Source of the DNA: Takakia lepidozioides
Taxonomy: Eukaryota > Plantae > Bryophyta
Reading direction: 5' to 3'
NCBI GenBank assembly: GCA_030704615.1
Contig: CM060732.1
Coordinates: 79,422,001 to 79,486,000, forward strand
DNA: 64,000 nt
The notes under the pieces are model-generated. The model did not search any database. It was not told the DNA's origin and saw only the letters and a program-made list of their open reading frames with translations. The position numbers were made by a program, and so were the translations under genes. The first letter of the stretch is position 1, and every line of letters begins with the position of its first letter. Shown piece after piece: positions 24,540 through 36,421 of the stretch.

Positions 24540-25573
24540 TCACCAATAATCCCCACAAGAACAAACCCCATCTTCAAAGTGGTGGAAGCGGTTAGCGTCC
24601 CGTACAACAATTGCTCGGCCCACAATCTTTGAGATGAATTTGGTGGAGGTGTGGCAGTCACCACACACCCGAAGATTCTTGATGAGACGGAGAGGCGACC
24701 TAGGGGTTGTGCTGATCAGCCCAAAACCAATGGCCAGCTTCTCACTGTGGTGGCAAAGAGAAAATTCCTTTTGCTCCTCCCCCACATCATGCAATACAAA
24801 GCGTGTGTCAGGCACATACCCTGCCTCCTTCATCTGCCCAGACAATCTTCTCAGCTCAGCATGGATTTCCTTAATGTTCGGATGCAATTTGTCATCTACA
24901 ACAAAGGTGTGCACCCCGTTGCCAACCTCAATGCAGCAGCGACTTGGCTCCTTTCTAGCCCCTCTGACCTTCATCATTTTTCTCACCTTTGCACTATCGT
25001 CCCACCTGCGAGCTGCCGCATAGATGTTTGATAGCAACACATAAGTTGCCGTATCCTGTTCATCCGACTTGAGAATAACTGTTGCCGCATGTTCAGCCAT
25101 CTCCACATTGCCATGGATTCTGCAGGCACCCAGCAAGGCCTTCCACACCACAGCATCTGGTTTGATTGGCATTTTACTAATGAGGTCCTCCGCCTCATCC
25201 AATCGTCCTGCACGTCCAAGAAGGTCCACCATGCAGCCAAAGTGCTTTACTGTCGGAGTGACACCATGATCTTGACTCAGGGAATCAAAATAGCGTAGTC
25301 CTTCATCCAGTAGGCCAACGTGGCTGCATGCAGACAGAACACATATAAAGGTGATACCGTCCGGCTTCAAGCCTTCCCTTTACATTCCTTCAAATAGTTG
25401 CAGGGCCTCCCTATGACAACCATGCTGGGCATATCCTGCGATCATCGTGTTCCACGACTCCACATTGCGTTTAGCCATAGTGTCAAATACTCCCTTTGCA
25501 TCTTCAATGCTCCCACATTTGGCATACATGTCCACCAGGGTACTGTTGAGGATGACATCTGGTACAATACCAG
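24540..25573 (-). pseudogene. 3' segment (last PPR, E, E+, DYW) of the disrupted inverted PPR paralog
   Basis: Near-identical to ~13050-14082; CAA>TAA stop at 25380-25382; ends at the Mutator TSD. Confidence 0.92.
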
Positions 25574-25625
25574 GGGGGCTGCTATTTCATGAGCCATGAG
25601 CCATGAGCGGCATGAGCCATGAGCA
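25574..25625 (+). repeat. Left TIR with tandem CATGAGC subterminal motifs
   Basis: ctatttcatgagccatgagccatgagcggcatgagccatgagc. Confidence 0.85.
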
Positions 25626-26034
25626 GAGTCGTAAGTGTGAAAAAAAACATGAGCAGACTATTTTCCGGAAATATGTGTCCGCGGGAATAGGGTTAAGGGT
25701 GCCACGGTCATAGGGGGAGAAGGACCTCCCGATGAAGGAGGTTCGGCAATGTTTTTTAGAATTATATATTGAATGGCAATGTTTCGCGAATGGTAGGGTG
25801 GTACTGCTCTGTACAATGGGGGCCCATTTCAGCCTAACAGCCACTTGCAAAATCCTCCCACACTCCCAATCCCAAACGAAATGAGCAATGACGCATTCTG
25901 GGAACGATGGACACAGAATAGAATAAAAAGAGGGCACAATGAGGTTTTTATTGATCCACATGAATTGAATTTGAAGCACGTCTACTGTGCTGATTGTGCA
26001 AAGAAATCGTTAGCCCTGTGCCACTGAATACAAG

Positions 26035-26916
26035 TCACGTTGTCAATGGGACTTTGACTGCTCTCAGAACTAGCTCATGAGTCTTCGGGCTTCTCCAGGT
26101 AAAGTCGATTGCAGCCGTTGTGCCGCCCCTGTTGATGTTCACCACAATGTCCTGCCCTTCAATCATACCACCATCGTATATGGAAAGCTTCACATTTTCG
26201 TCCTCCACACCAATGCGAATGTCCCCATACAATGGAGAAGATGAGCGCACTCCTTCAGGAGTATAAGTCTCTCCGATGGAGTCCACCCACGTCCACTGGC
26301 AGCAGTTCCACCGCAACAGTATAGCAGTGCGCATTCTTCTGCATGGGTGCCCGTCGTAGCTGGGAAAATCGGAATCAAGGATGCGCAGGAGCCACGGACT
26401 CCTCAGACCAAGATCGTCACCCCGCTCGAAGGCGTACTGGCCTGGGAGATACTCAAAAGCGGACAATGTTTCCACATTCGAACCAGTATCTTCTGTGTAA
26501 TCTGTGTACCAGATAACGATGTCTCCCGATGTGGCCGAATACATTGCATAATCGATGCCTCCATAAGGGCAGTCGTCCCGGTTCCGGAAGCACGGCATCC
26601 TTGCAAAGGAGGACCTGAGGACGTCTTTGATGCCGATGACAATGACCTTGTGGACAGCAACGAAGCCCTTAGATTTTGGAAATGATGAGAAGCGGAAGAG
26701 CAGTCCGGGCTCAAATAATGGAGCATTTGGGTCCCACGCACCCACCGACGGAGGTGTAACGTGTTCATGACGCCCATACCTCTTTCTCATCCACGGGGTA
26801 TAGGTTGAGATATGCCACCGAAGTCCATCCCCGGATGGAAATTCGGCGCCGCATTTACATCGAAGGGGGGATGGACTTTGTCGTGTCGAGTGGCTATCGG
26901 CCCACCTGGCAGTCAT
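26035..26916 (-). CDS. Unknown MULE cargo protein A; conserved domain starts at ATG 26598, with an optional N-terminal C2H2-like motif
   Basis: Open frame; residues from MPCFRN align end-to-end with ORF 27143-27721. Confidence 0.7.
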   Translation of the reverse strand: MTARWADSHSTRQSPSPLRCKCGAEFPSGDGLRWHISTYTPWMRKRYGRHEHVTPPSVGAWDPNAPLFEPGLLFRFSSFPKSKGFVAVHKVIVIGIKDVLRSSFARMPCFRNRDDCPYGGIDYAMYSATSGDIVIWYTDYTEDTGSNVETLSAFEYLPGQYAFERGDDLGLRSPWLLRILDSDFPSYDGHPCRRMRTAILLRWNCCQWTWVDSIGETYTPEGVRSSSPLYGDIRIGVEDENVKLSIYDGGMIEGQDIVVNINRGGTTAAIDFTWRSPKTHELVLRAVKVPLTT

Positions 26917-27142
26917 TGCCCATAGATTGCATGGCAGGGTAGGAAACTGAAACGGCTACATTCATGGAGCAGCCAATCTTCATCCGTCCAGGATCCTGTA
27001 GGGGGGAAATTTAAATGTGCCCTGGAGTGTTTGTGAGGAATTGCAACGTTAGCTTGAACTTTTTCCAGCCACCGCGCTGCTCCTCCTCCATCCGGAAGCT
27101 GCTGTCATTGAGCGTACTCCAGTACTCCGGTACTTTTCAAGG

Positions 27143-27721
27143 ATGCCGTGCCACCGAACTCCAGCCGACTGCCCTTATCATGGCCACGATTATGCTATGT
27201 TCAAACCAGAATCAGGAGACATCATTGTCTGGCTCTCTGTTTTCACAGACGCTGCTGGAATCAAGCAAGAGTCTTTGCGCGCAATGGAGTATCTGGAGGG
27301 CTATTACCACTTTGAGCGAGGTGAGGGCGAGGGTCAATGCGGTCCGTGGGTCCTGAAAATTGTTGACCTCGATATACCAAGCTGGAAAGGGATGCCGGAC
27401 AGATCACGCACGGCCTCGCTTTGGCGCTGGAACTGCTGCCAATGGACCAGGGAGGACGGCACCGGGGAAAACTATATACGTGCAGATCACTCCGCTCTTC
27501 CAGTGTATGGAGACATTCGGCTGAGTTGCGAAGACGAATCGCACGGGCACATGAGGCCCACAGTGACCTTGTCAATGTATGATGGTGGTATCATTGATGG
27601 ACATGACATTGTCGTCGGCTCCAGCAAGGGCAGCAGAACGACCGAATTGCAGTTTACCTCGAGGTGCCGCAGCAGTAATGAGCTTGTTTTGAGGGGTATC
27701 GAAGTTCCGTCGACTTGGTGA
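27143..27721 (+). CDS. Unknown MULE cargo protein B, paralog of A
   Basis: 192-aa ORF; shared blocks DCPY.G.DYAM, SGDI..W, EYL.G.Y.FERG, RWNCCQWT, YGDIR, YDGG.I.G.DIVV, ELVLR. Confidence 0.75.
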   Translation: MPCHRTPADCPYHGHDYAMFKPESGDIIVWLSVFTDAAGIKQESLRAMEYLEGYYHFERGEGEGQCGPWVLKIVDLDIPSWKGMPDRSRTASLWRWNCCQWTREDGTGENYIRADHSALPVYGDIRLSCEDESHGHMRPTVTLSMYDGGIIDGHDIVVGSSKGSRTTELQFTSRCRSSNELVLRGIEVPSTW

Positions 27722-27979
27722 AGCCCATGTAGAAGGAGGAAGGGCTTAGTTTTGTCTGCAGTTGGAAAATGTGAGACATCGTGTCCGATCAATAAACCCA
27801 TCGTACCTCTTTTCTGTGTGATTGTGTTTCATTCTATTGAATAACTGTCGGAATTGGCCCACTGTTTACAATTTGATGTCTCATTTCTACAATTTGTCTG
27901 TCCGGATGAATTTACCAGAGTAACCGGTATGAGAGTCATGTGTCAAGAATATACCAGAGTAACGCCATGTCGGACATTG

Positions 27980-28746
27980 AAATGCGGCACCAAATTTCCA
28001 TGTCGGACATTGGAATGCGGTGCCGCATTTCAATGCCGACATGGAAATGTATGAACCGCATTTCAGTGTCGGACAATGGAATGCGGTGCATCATTTCCGT
28101 CCAGGTACACGAAATACCAACACGGGTCTATAAATTGGACAGACAACGAGGTTGGCATTGCAAATGCGGCGACGCATTTCCAGCTTGGCAATGGAAACTT
28201 CTTTTTGGACAAGGGAATGCGGTGCCGCATTTCCGTCCAACACTTCGAAAAGTGTGACATTTCCGACCAGCGCGATGGAATGCGTTACCGCATTTCCGTG
28301 AGAGGGTCTGCAAATGGACAAATTGCGATGTCCGTTTTGGAAATGCGGCGCCGCATTTCCATGTCCGTCATCGACTTTTTTTTGACAATGGAATGCGGTG
28401 CCAATTTTTGCTGATGGGCCTGCAGTTCGAACAACGACCATCCCCAATATGGAAATGCGGCACCGCATTTCCAATTCCGCCATCTCGACCTCCTTATTCG
28501 ACCTCCTTGTTCGACCTCTGTAAGCGTGGTGGCATCCATGCAATGAGCGGGAGAGGCCAAAACTGGCGTGTGGACAAAGGAAATTTTGGAAATGCGGCAC
28601 CGCATTTCCAATCGGCCGATTACTTTTTACTATGCCAACATTGAAATGGAAAATTTAGTCCCTCCCCTGTTTTGGAAATGCGGTGCCGCATTTCCAAAAG
28701 AGGTTTTTAGAGTTGCCAAAATTTTGGAAATGCGGTGCCCCATTTC
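27980..28746. repeat. Cluster of ~13 irregularly spaced copies of the palindrome GGAAATGCGGYRCCGCATTTCC
   Basis: Copies at e.g. 28012, 28214, 28339, 28451, 28588, 28674, 28725. Confidence 0.9.
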
Positions 28747-28883
28747 TGATTTTAGGAGCGTCGTGGTTTGGGCGATTGTGTGGCTGGAATGCACACTGGA
28801 GAGGGGTCACGAATGTCGGGGAGATTTTCCTTTATATACTCTGGAAGAGAATTTACATTTACAGAGACTTCATTAAAATTCTA

Positions 28884-31800
28884 TTAATCTTGAAAATCAT
28901 CCGAATCCTCATCCTGTTCTAGACTGTCCTGCTCCGCCTCCACCCCCTCATTGCCTTTCTCATCTCCAGCGGACTGCTCGTTGGCCAGGCTTTCGAAAAT
29001 CCCATCTTCCCCTTGCGGAACTGTCCATCTCACCTCCGTTGGGTCGTCTTCCTCCCTGTCTGCGTCGCTCTCATCCGCTGAATCACATATGTACTTTCGT
29101 ACCTGTCTACCTGTCTGAGCTGCTGCCAACTCTTTCCTTATCCTTCTGTCCTCCCCAGCCCTCTCCAAAATCTGCTCTACTTTACTGGGATTCTCACTTC
29201 TTCTAATCGCTATATTTGCGAGTTTAGCTGCATAACTAGGAAAGGAGTAGTCCCTCACCGGGCTCGTCATGAAGTCGGCCCTCGCAAAGAACGGGACATT
29301 CTTCCTGGCAGGAAGTGTAGGCCCTACATGTTTCGACCCGGACCCTGCAATCCTGCACATGACAATCATCAACGAGACTAATGAGAACCACAGTCCGGAA
29401 ATTTGTTTGACAAAAATGACCCAGAAGGCTTTGCAAACTTACAATGTTTGCACTCACTCGTATTCCGGGTTCTCCTCCGCATCAATGTCCACTATGTCTT
29501 TCTCGGACTCCGACGAATCCGAGGAGACTTCCGCTCTGTTGGGAGCCTTAACATTCCGTTGCAGCCCTTCCAGATGGGATCCCCACACGGATGAGTCCTC
29601 CTCGTAGGCAAAGAGGTGCCGGTCGGAAAACCGCCCAGCCCACATTGAGGCACCTGTTACAATGCCATCCACACATTACAACATGGCGCTTCAGATGTTG
29701 CGAACTACATCCTAACGAGAATTTGCAGAACAGCATAGATCAAGATTCAGCATACATGTCCCACAGATGAGGTCGAGCACTGTGCCCTCCACGTCTGTGC
29801 ATGTCTCCATAATTGTCTGAATGAAGGCATGGCTCCGAGTCCGTGAGTACCGCAGGGGTTCCGTTGAAGTGAGGCTATGAAGGAGAAGTTCCTTGGGAAC
29901 GTTGTTGAACAGAACGTCGTAATCGAGGGGGTCGCAGTTCGGGTCAACCTTTCCTCCCTCCTTCCGGAAAGCAAAGGTGGAGTTCTCCTTCACAAAGCAG
30001 TATGCATCGAACTGCTTCGTCTGCATACACAGGGGGGAACGATTAGAAACCGAATGCGCACCGCATTTGAAAACACCCAAGCAAATGAATGGACGAGTGC
30101 CAGTGTCGTAATCACCTTCTTCCCTCCCGACCGAAGGCCCAGTGTGTTGATGCACGTCCACTTCTTTTTCAGAATCGGGACGGCGCTCTTGCGGGTCCAC
30201 TTCGCAATTCCTGTCTGAGTGTTTTTTCCTCTGCTCGCCAGGACAACCACACAGCCTCTGTCGTCCAACACCATGCGGGCAAGCCCGAATCCTTTCTTCC
30301 AAAAGTCCTCCGAGTACCTGTTCCAAGATGGCAAAGCTTGCAGTCCTTCCACAGGCTCTCCGTCCGGAATATCCAAGATGATCATATCGCAAGACCACTC
30401 GGTGGCATTTCCGCCCCTCCTACAATCCTTGTCTGCACACACCCTCTCAAAGAACGAGACCATATTCTGAAATCCTGGGGTGTCGGAAGGCTCTTCGGCA
30501 GTCGCCTTCTTCAGTGCTCTGCCCTTCAGACCCTCCATGGTCTTCATGTATGCCAACTTGGCTGCCCGTCCATCCAAAGCCGCCAAGAAACTCTCATTTA
30601 CACACTGGACTACTGTTTCGGGAGCCACTTTCGGCCTCTTCATTTCCACCGGCTCGAAAGGGTGCCCCCCTGGGAGGTTGAAGAGTGCCTTCTTTGCCGA
30701 GCCAGTTCTTGTGCCTCTCGTGACAACGGTGGGCACAAGGGAGGCAGCCTGCGTTTGGGGGGGTGGGCTGGTTGCAAAGTCTCCATCGGAGTCCTCTTCC
30801 TCACCCTCTTCCTGAACAGGCTGTTTCTGCTTCTTCGTTTTGGCGGGTGTCACAACAGCTGCTCCTTGCTGGCGAGTCCTCTTCTTTGACCCCTTCTGTT
30901 GGGCCTGCACAGCTGCATCCACCGTCTTTTGTGCCATCTCAGCTGCCTTTCTGGATTCTTCCAGAGCAGCAGATTCCTTTGCCGACTTTGGCCCAGCAGG
31001 GACACGTCTTTCCTTTCTCTTCTCTTCTGCCAAGGCGTGCAGATCTTTCTCAGACTCGTCAACAATACCGCCAGAGATATTGAGGTACCAGGGGCATCCA
31101 ACGAGATGCGCGGGATGCCATTGTTTCTACATCTCGGGTGTGTAGACACAGCTTGGGCCCGCCACGGTCCAAGCCATGAAGAACAGGGGCTCTTGAGCCA
31201 GGGCCCCTGTCTGAAGGAGCACGTATTTCATATACCTGCAAGGCAGTCAACATGCGTGAGCATAAGATTGGACGAACCTACTCGCAGAGTGCCACCGAAA
31301 ACATAAAATGCGAATGCGGTGCCGCATTTCCGAGACAAACCTCGTAACCAGGCTTCGCATACAAGGGCAGCTGTGCTTCACCTGTAAACAATTCGCATTG
31401 CAGCTTTCCCCGCTCCCTCCTGATGTGTAAACTCCACGCTCCTTCTTGATGTTTGTAGCTCTCTGGCGAAGAGGTTGTCCTTGTACGCACATCTGAAACG
31501 TGTCACGTAGTCTTCCAATGTCTGTGTTCCATCCCATTTGACGTACAAGCCGAACGAATTTGTGTGCATTACGACTTGCTCCTTCGCATTCGACATTACC
31601 TGCGATTCCCAAATGCATTGTCACGTAGCAGTTCAGGGAATTCATTTCAGAAAAGCAAATCTGGGGAAGTACCTTGAATTACCTGGAACCACCAAGTCAT
31701 GCGGTTGAGCCACACATCCACTGCAGGGTCGAAAACTTCGAGTGGAAAAGACCACATTGTCCTTATGCTCTCGGATGCATTCCAGATCGACAGCCACCGT

Positions 31801-33797
31801 GTCTGCCATTTCCGATCCAATGTCAGGAGCTGGAAGAGAGTGGCTATTGCTAGGAAGGAACTTCAGTGCATTGAAACCTCACCTTCTCTTTCGCCTCAAC
31901 ACATGCCGTTGAGAGGTGATGCAGTTTCTCCAATTGCATGGTCGGCTGCATGGCCCGAGAATAGTGTTTTGCAATCTCGGGGATGAAGTCCTTTCCAAGT
32001 GCCGGATCTGCAATTCCCACCAGCTTCACAAGCTTTGACTTGTATTTGGTTCTGGACTTGACACCGGCTTCCTTCAAGTGCTCAGTCAATGACTGCAACG
32101 TTTTGACCTGCCCCTCACTTTCCATGAAGAAGCGTTTGGCATGGGCCAAATCCAGCTTGATGTTTGACTGCCAACAAAAACATGCAGAAGCGTTACATTC
32201 GATTCATGTGGAAAGATTACTGGAAATTGGGGAAGGATGAGCAGAGGGAAATTGGAGGACGACTTACTTCGTATATCACCTCCACCATTCCATCCATAGT
32301 GAGACGATACCATGTCCGGTCTGTTTTTGCAACGGCTTTCTGAATGAGCTCGGGCTCCAGCATTTCCGCAAACATCTGCGGATCAGTGAGACCAGTTTTC
32401 CTCACCCTGTACAGCATATGTGCCATGTGGGTATGCACGTACGCATTCTCAGTGACCCTGCAAGGCACACTCTCCAGTTCAGTACACGGAAGCACGGAAA
32501 CAAACCAGAATGGAAACCGAAATGCGGCACCGCATTTTGAACGTGCTAGGGAGGGTATGAGTATCTTACGAGTTGAGGTCCGCCATGGCATTCTTGAGCA
32601 GGGAGGAGTCTGCCGCCTTCACCTTGAGGATGACACACTCCACCATGTAATGCCAGCCAATGTGCTTGGCATGGTTCTGCTTGATGTACTCCCACCAGGC
32701 TAGAAGTCGGTGATTCCCGTCCCACACAAAGAACATTTTACCCGACATATGGCCGAAGTCTGGATCACCTTTCAGCGTCGCCTCGAATTCGTCGTTGCGA
32801 GTGTGCCAGTGGGTATCCCACGTTGACAATTCATCGGCAGTGGGTCCACGAGTTTTGCCGTCCTCATTCTCAATGGAAACGTAAAACGCTGCCGATCCCA
32901 GACGGTACCCTTCTCGAAATGCGAACTTCAGCTTATCCACATCTCCGGGAAGGGCCTGCCTGACGATGGGAAGGGAGACCATGCGACAGAGTGGGATTCG
33001 AAGAGTCCGGTGGAATACCCTGCTGCCCAGAACTCTGCCAATGCTACTGTGTGTCTCCTCCAACATTTTATCCGCTGCACTTTTGAAATCCTCCGGAGAC
33101 ATGTCTGTAGGTGCCGGTAGTGGCTGAGCAGCTGGAGCATCCTCAACTGGAGCTGCACTCTGGGGCCTGTTTGCGGGCAATTCTGCCATTGCAGAGGCTT
33201 CCTCCGGGCCTGCTTGCTCATCGGTGGTGAGGTTTTGCTGCGAACGTTGAGCGGCAGCACCCTCCTCCGGTACCAAATCGACAGGAACGGTCGATCCCAT
33301 TGCCTTCGCTGCAGCAGAGACGGCCCCAACATCTGCAGGCGGGAAATCCTCCAGGAACTGAGCTTCAGCTCGTGGAAGCGGTTTTGCGGGAGATTGTTCG
33401 GCCGTCGCCCTGATTGCCTTCTGCTTCCTCATCCTTGTAGGTGAAGGTGTCTGCTGCAATTGAATCTGTCTCTTACCCTGCTGCTTCATTCGCGTTGGTG
33501 GGGGTGAAACGGCCTGAGCCGGTTCAGAAACCAGTAGAGGGACGGGCTGCTTCTTCTTCGACTTTGCTGAAGAAGGGCCCGACCCCTGCTGGCGATTCTC
33601 CATGACCGAAGAACGCGAGTCAATCTCTGGGGCTTTGAACTTGCCCTTCGAAGCCGCGTCTTTGAAACGCACAGGGCTAGGCCCGGCAGGAATACCCGCG
33701 CTCGGGGATCGGGTGGGTGTACGTGCTGCAGCTAGCTCCACGGACTCTTCCTGCGGCTCTTCGGATTCCTGCGATCCCTCCAGCACGTCCACCTTTC
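28884..33797 (-). pseudogene. Multi-exon ParB/Srx-like + beta-class N4C/N6A DNA-methyltransferase-like fusion gene with one in-frame stop; 5' end unresolved (probably ~33900-34100). Exons approx. 33797-32570, 32457-32268, 32167-31883, 31829-31683, 31599-31383, 31235-~30100, 30020-29756, 29653-29458, 29352-28884
   Basis: GT-AG exons join in phase; FVWDGNHRLLAW (ParB GxxRxxA); CDMIILDIPDG (motif IV-like), LARMVLDDRG, TKQFDAYCFVK, spliced VLDLICGT-CASMWAGRFSDRHLFAYEED (motifs I-II); TAG at 31127-31129. Confidence 0.75.
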
Positions 33798-34443
33798 CTG
33801 TTAGGCATGCAAACATGTTCTGCATTCAAGTCTCCTAGCATTCAGTCTAAGAATTACAGAAGCAAAATGGGGGGTTCGGTGCTCGATCAGCTGCGCGTAG
33901 CCCGATCGCATGGAGCTCTCACTGGTGGCTGGGTTGCCTCAGTGGCCTGCTGCTCGGAGATGGCAATCTCCTCCTGTAGACGCATCTGCTTCCTCCCCTT
34001 CGGCATTGGCCTACGTCCGAAGTATAATTTTTGGAGCTTGCGACGAGGTCTCATGTCTGGTGCACGAACTCCCCCCCTCTCAGGTTCGAGCATAACAAAA
34101 ACAGAGACAGGGAAAAGGGGCAAAGAGTGTAGATGGAAAGGGCGCGAGAGGGGTGACTTAGGAGACACGACAAAAGTAGATGAAACGGCGGTGATGCACC
34201 ACTTGGGTTCGAAAGGGTTGGACGAAAGTGTCTCCTCGTGGCCTTTGCGTCATTACGAAATTCGAATCGTTCAGTGTACGCCTGCCGTCCGAAAAACAAA
34301 CATCATTATCCAACGGTCAGGCCGCGCCGCCTCATGCCACTTCAGTCAGATAGAGTGCAGACATGTGCCGCAATTCCGTTGCTCCACGTGTTCACATTTC
34401 ATGGCATTTCCGTCCCAGCGTCTGATGAGTTGGAGTGAAAATG

Positions 34444-35985
34444 CGAATGCGGCGCCGCATTTCCGTTAAGTACCATCACGAAGCTACACATCCGTACTTG
34501 TTGGAAGAAAATGTGGCACCGCATTTCCGTTCCACCTTCACATACCTTAGTTGTTGAACGGAAATACGGTGCCGCATTTCCGTCCCACAGCTCCATGTAT
34601 GAGATACAAAAGGGAAATGCGGCGCCGCATTTCCGTTCTAGAATGTCGGAAGGTGCGACTCGGACGGAAATGCGGTGCCGCATTTCTGTTCCCGTTGTTC
34701 ACGATTTTCAGTCAGAACGGAAATGCGGTACCGCATTTCCGTTCTGTAGAGTATTAAGGTCTGACCCTGGCGGAAATGCGGTGCCGCATTTTCGTTCCAC
34801 AGCTCCATGCCTCACATACAAAACGGAAATGTGGCGCCGCATTTCCGTTTTGGAATGTCGGAAGGTGCGACTCCGACGGAAATGCGGTATCGCATTTCAG
34901 TTCCGATGTTTCACGATTTTTCATCAGAACGGAAATGCGGTGCCGCATTTCTGTTCCCGTTGTTCACGATTTTCAGTCAGAACGGAAATGCGGTACCACA
35001 TTTCCGTTCTGTAGAGTATTAAGGTCTGACCCTGGCGGAAATGCGGTGCCGCATTTTCGTTCCACAGCTCCATGCCTCACATACAAAACGGAAATGCGGC
35101 GCCGCATTTCCGTTTTGGAATGTCGGAAGGTGCGACTCCGACGGAAATGTGGTACCGCATTTCAGTTCCGATGTTTCACGATTTTTCATCAGAACGGAAA
35201 TGCGGTGCCGCATTTGCGTTCTGGAATGTTGGGAGGTACGACTCGGATGGAAATGCGCTGTCGCATTTCAGTTCCGATGGTTCACGATTTTCAGTCAGAA
35301 CGGAAAAGCGGTACCGCATTTCCGTTTTGGATAGTATGAATGTCTCAAGCGGTCGGAATTGCGCTATCTCCAGCGGTCGGAATTGCACTCGGCTCCATGC
35401 ATCAGATACAAAATGGAAATGCGGCGCCGCATTTCTGTTCAAGAATGTCGGAAAGTGCGACTCGGACGGAAATGCGGTGCCGCATTTCTATTCCCGTTGT
35501 TCATAATTCTCAATCAGAACGGAAATGCGGTACCGCATTTCCGTTCCACCTTCACATACCGTGCTTGTTGGATGGAAATGCGTTACCGCATTTCCGTTTT
35601 GGAGAGTATGAATGTCTTGTGAGGACGGAAATGTGGTGCAACATTTCTATCCCTCAGCTCCATGCGTCAGATATAAAACGGAAATGTTGCGCCGGATTTC
35701 TGTTCTGGTATGTCGGAAGGTGCGACTGTGACGGAAATGCGGTGCCGCATTTCTGTTCCCGTTGTTCATAATTCTCAATCAGAACGGAAATGCGGTACTG
35801 AACGGAAATGCGGTACCGCATTTCCGTACCACCTTCACCTACCGTGCTTGCTGGATGGAAATGCGTTACCGCATTTCCGTTCTGGAGAGTATAAAGGTTT
35901 CCCCCGGACGGAAACTCGGTGCCGCATTTCCGTCGCTTTGGTGCATGACCAAGATGCAATACGGAAATGTGGCGCCGTATTTCCG
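34444..35985. repeat. Phased array of ~30 palindromes (GGAAATGCGGYRCCGCATTTCC) at 53-bp period with ~5 classes of spacer
   Basis: Starts at 34560, 34613, 34666, 34719, 34772, 34825 ... 35302, then 35415, 35468 ... 35733 and 35804 ... 35963; 265-bp higher-order duplication 34666-34930/34931-35195. Confidence 0.95.
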
Positions 35986-36421
35986 TCCAGCAGCAATCGA
36001 AAGAATCACTCGGGACGGGAAATCTGGAACCTCATTTCTGCATGCTGAACCTGAATGGGTTGCATTGTTCCGAAACAACACAATTGCGGCCAGTCTTGAT
36101 GAGCACAACTTGGTTGTCTGACCGTTTTAACTAACAGTACTGGCACTTGTCAGTGCGATCGTTCCTGTTTGCACCGAGAATACTGCTGGATCCACCCTCA
36201 GAAGAAACTGTCAGGAGATGTTATTTCGTCGCCGAATCGGCCATCATTGTCATACTTACTGGCTATGGAATCACACCTCCCACCTTCATGCATGTAGCTT
36301 GAAACAATACTTTCCACTTCAATGTGCGACTTCCAATCGTCAATGGACTCCGCATGGTGCCTGTGAGCCTTGGTCTGTCGCTATACTGAACCTCACACTT
36401 GCCAACTTCGTGCGGTGTTTG

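Noticed and set aside
24540-25370. Stand-alone E-DYW protein acting in trans
   Set aside because: ORF starts at TTG just after a nonsense mutation and is simply the severed 3' end of the disrupted paralog; no promoter or targeting evidence
34444-35985. CRISPR array
   Set aside because: Eukaryotic intron-containing context, no cas genes, and spacers recur in ~5 classes with higher-order duplication rather than being unique
34399-36121. Many overlapping ORFs with MRCRIS / RKCGAAF / GNAVPHF repeats (also 27854-28922)
   Set aside because: Translations of the palindromic repeat in all six frames; no coding evidence
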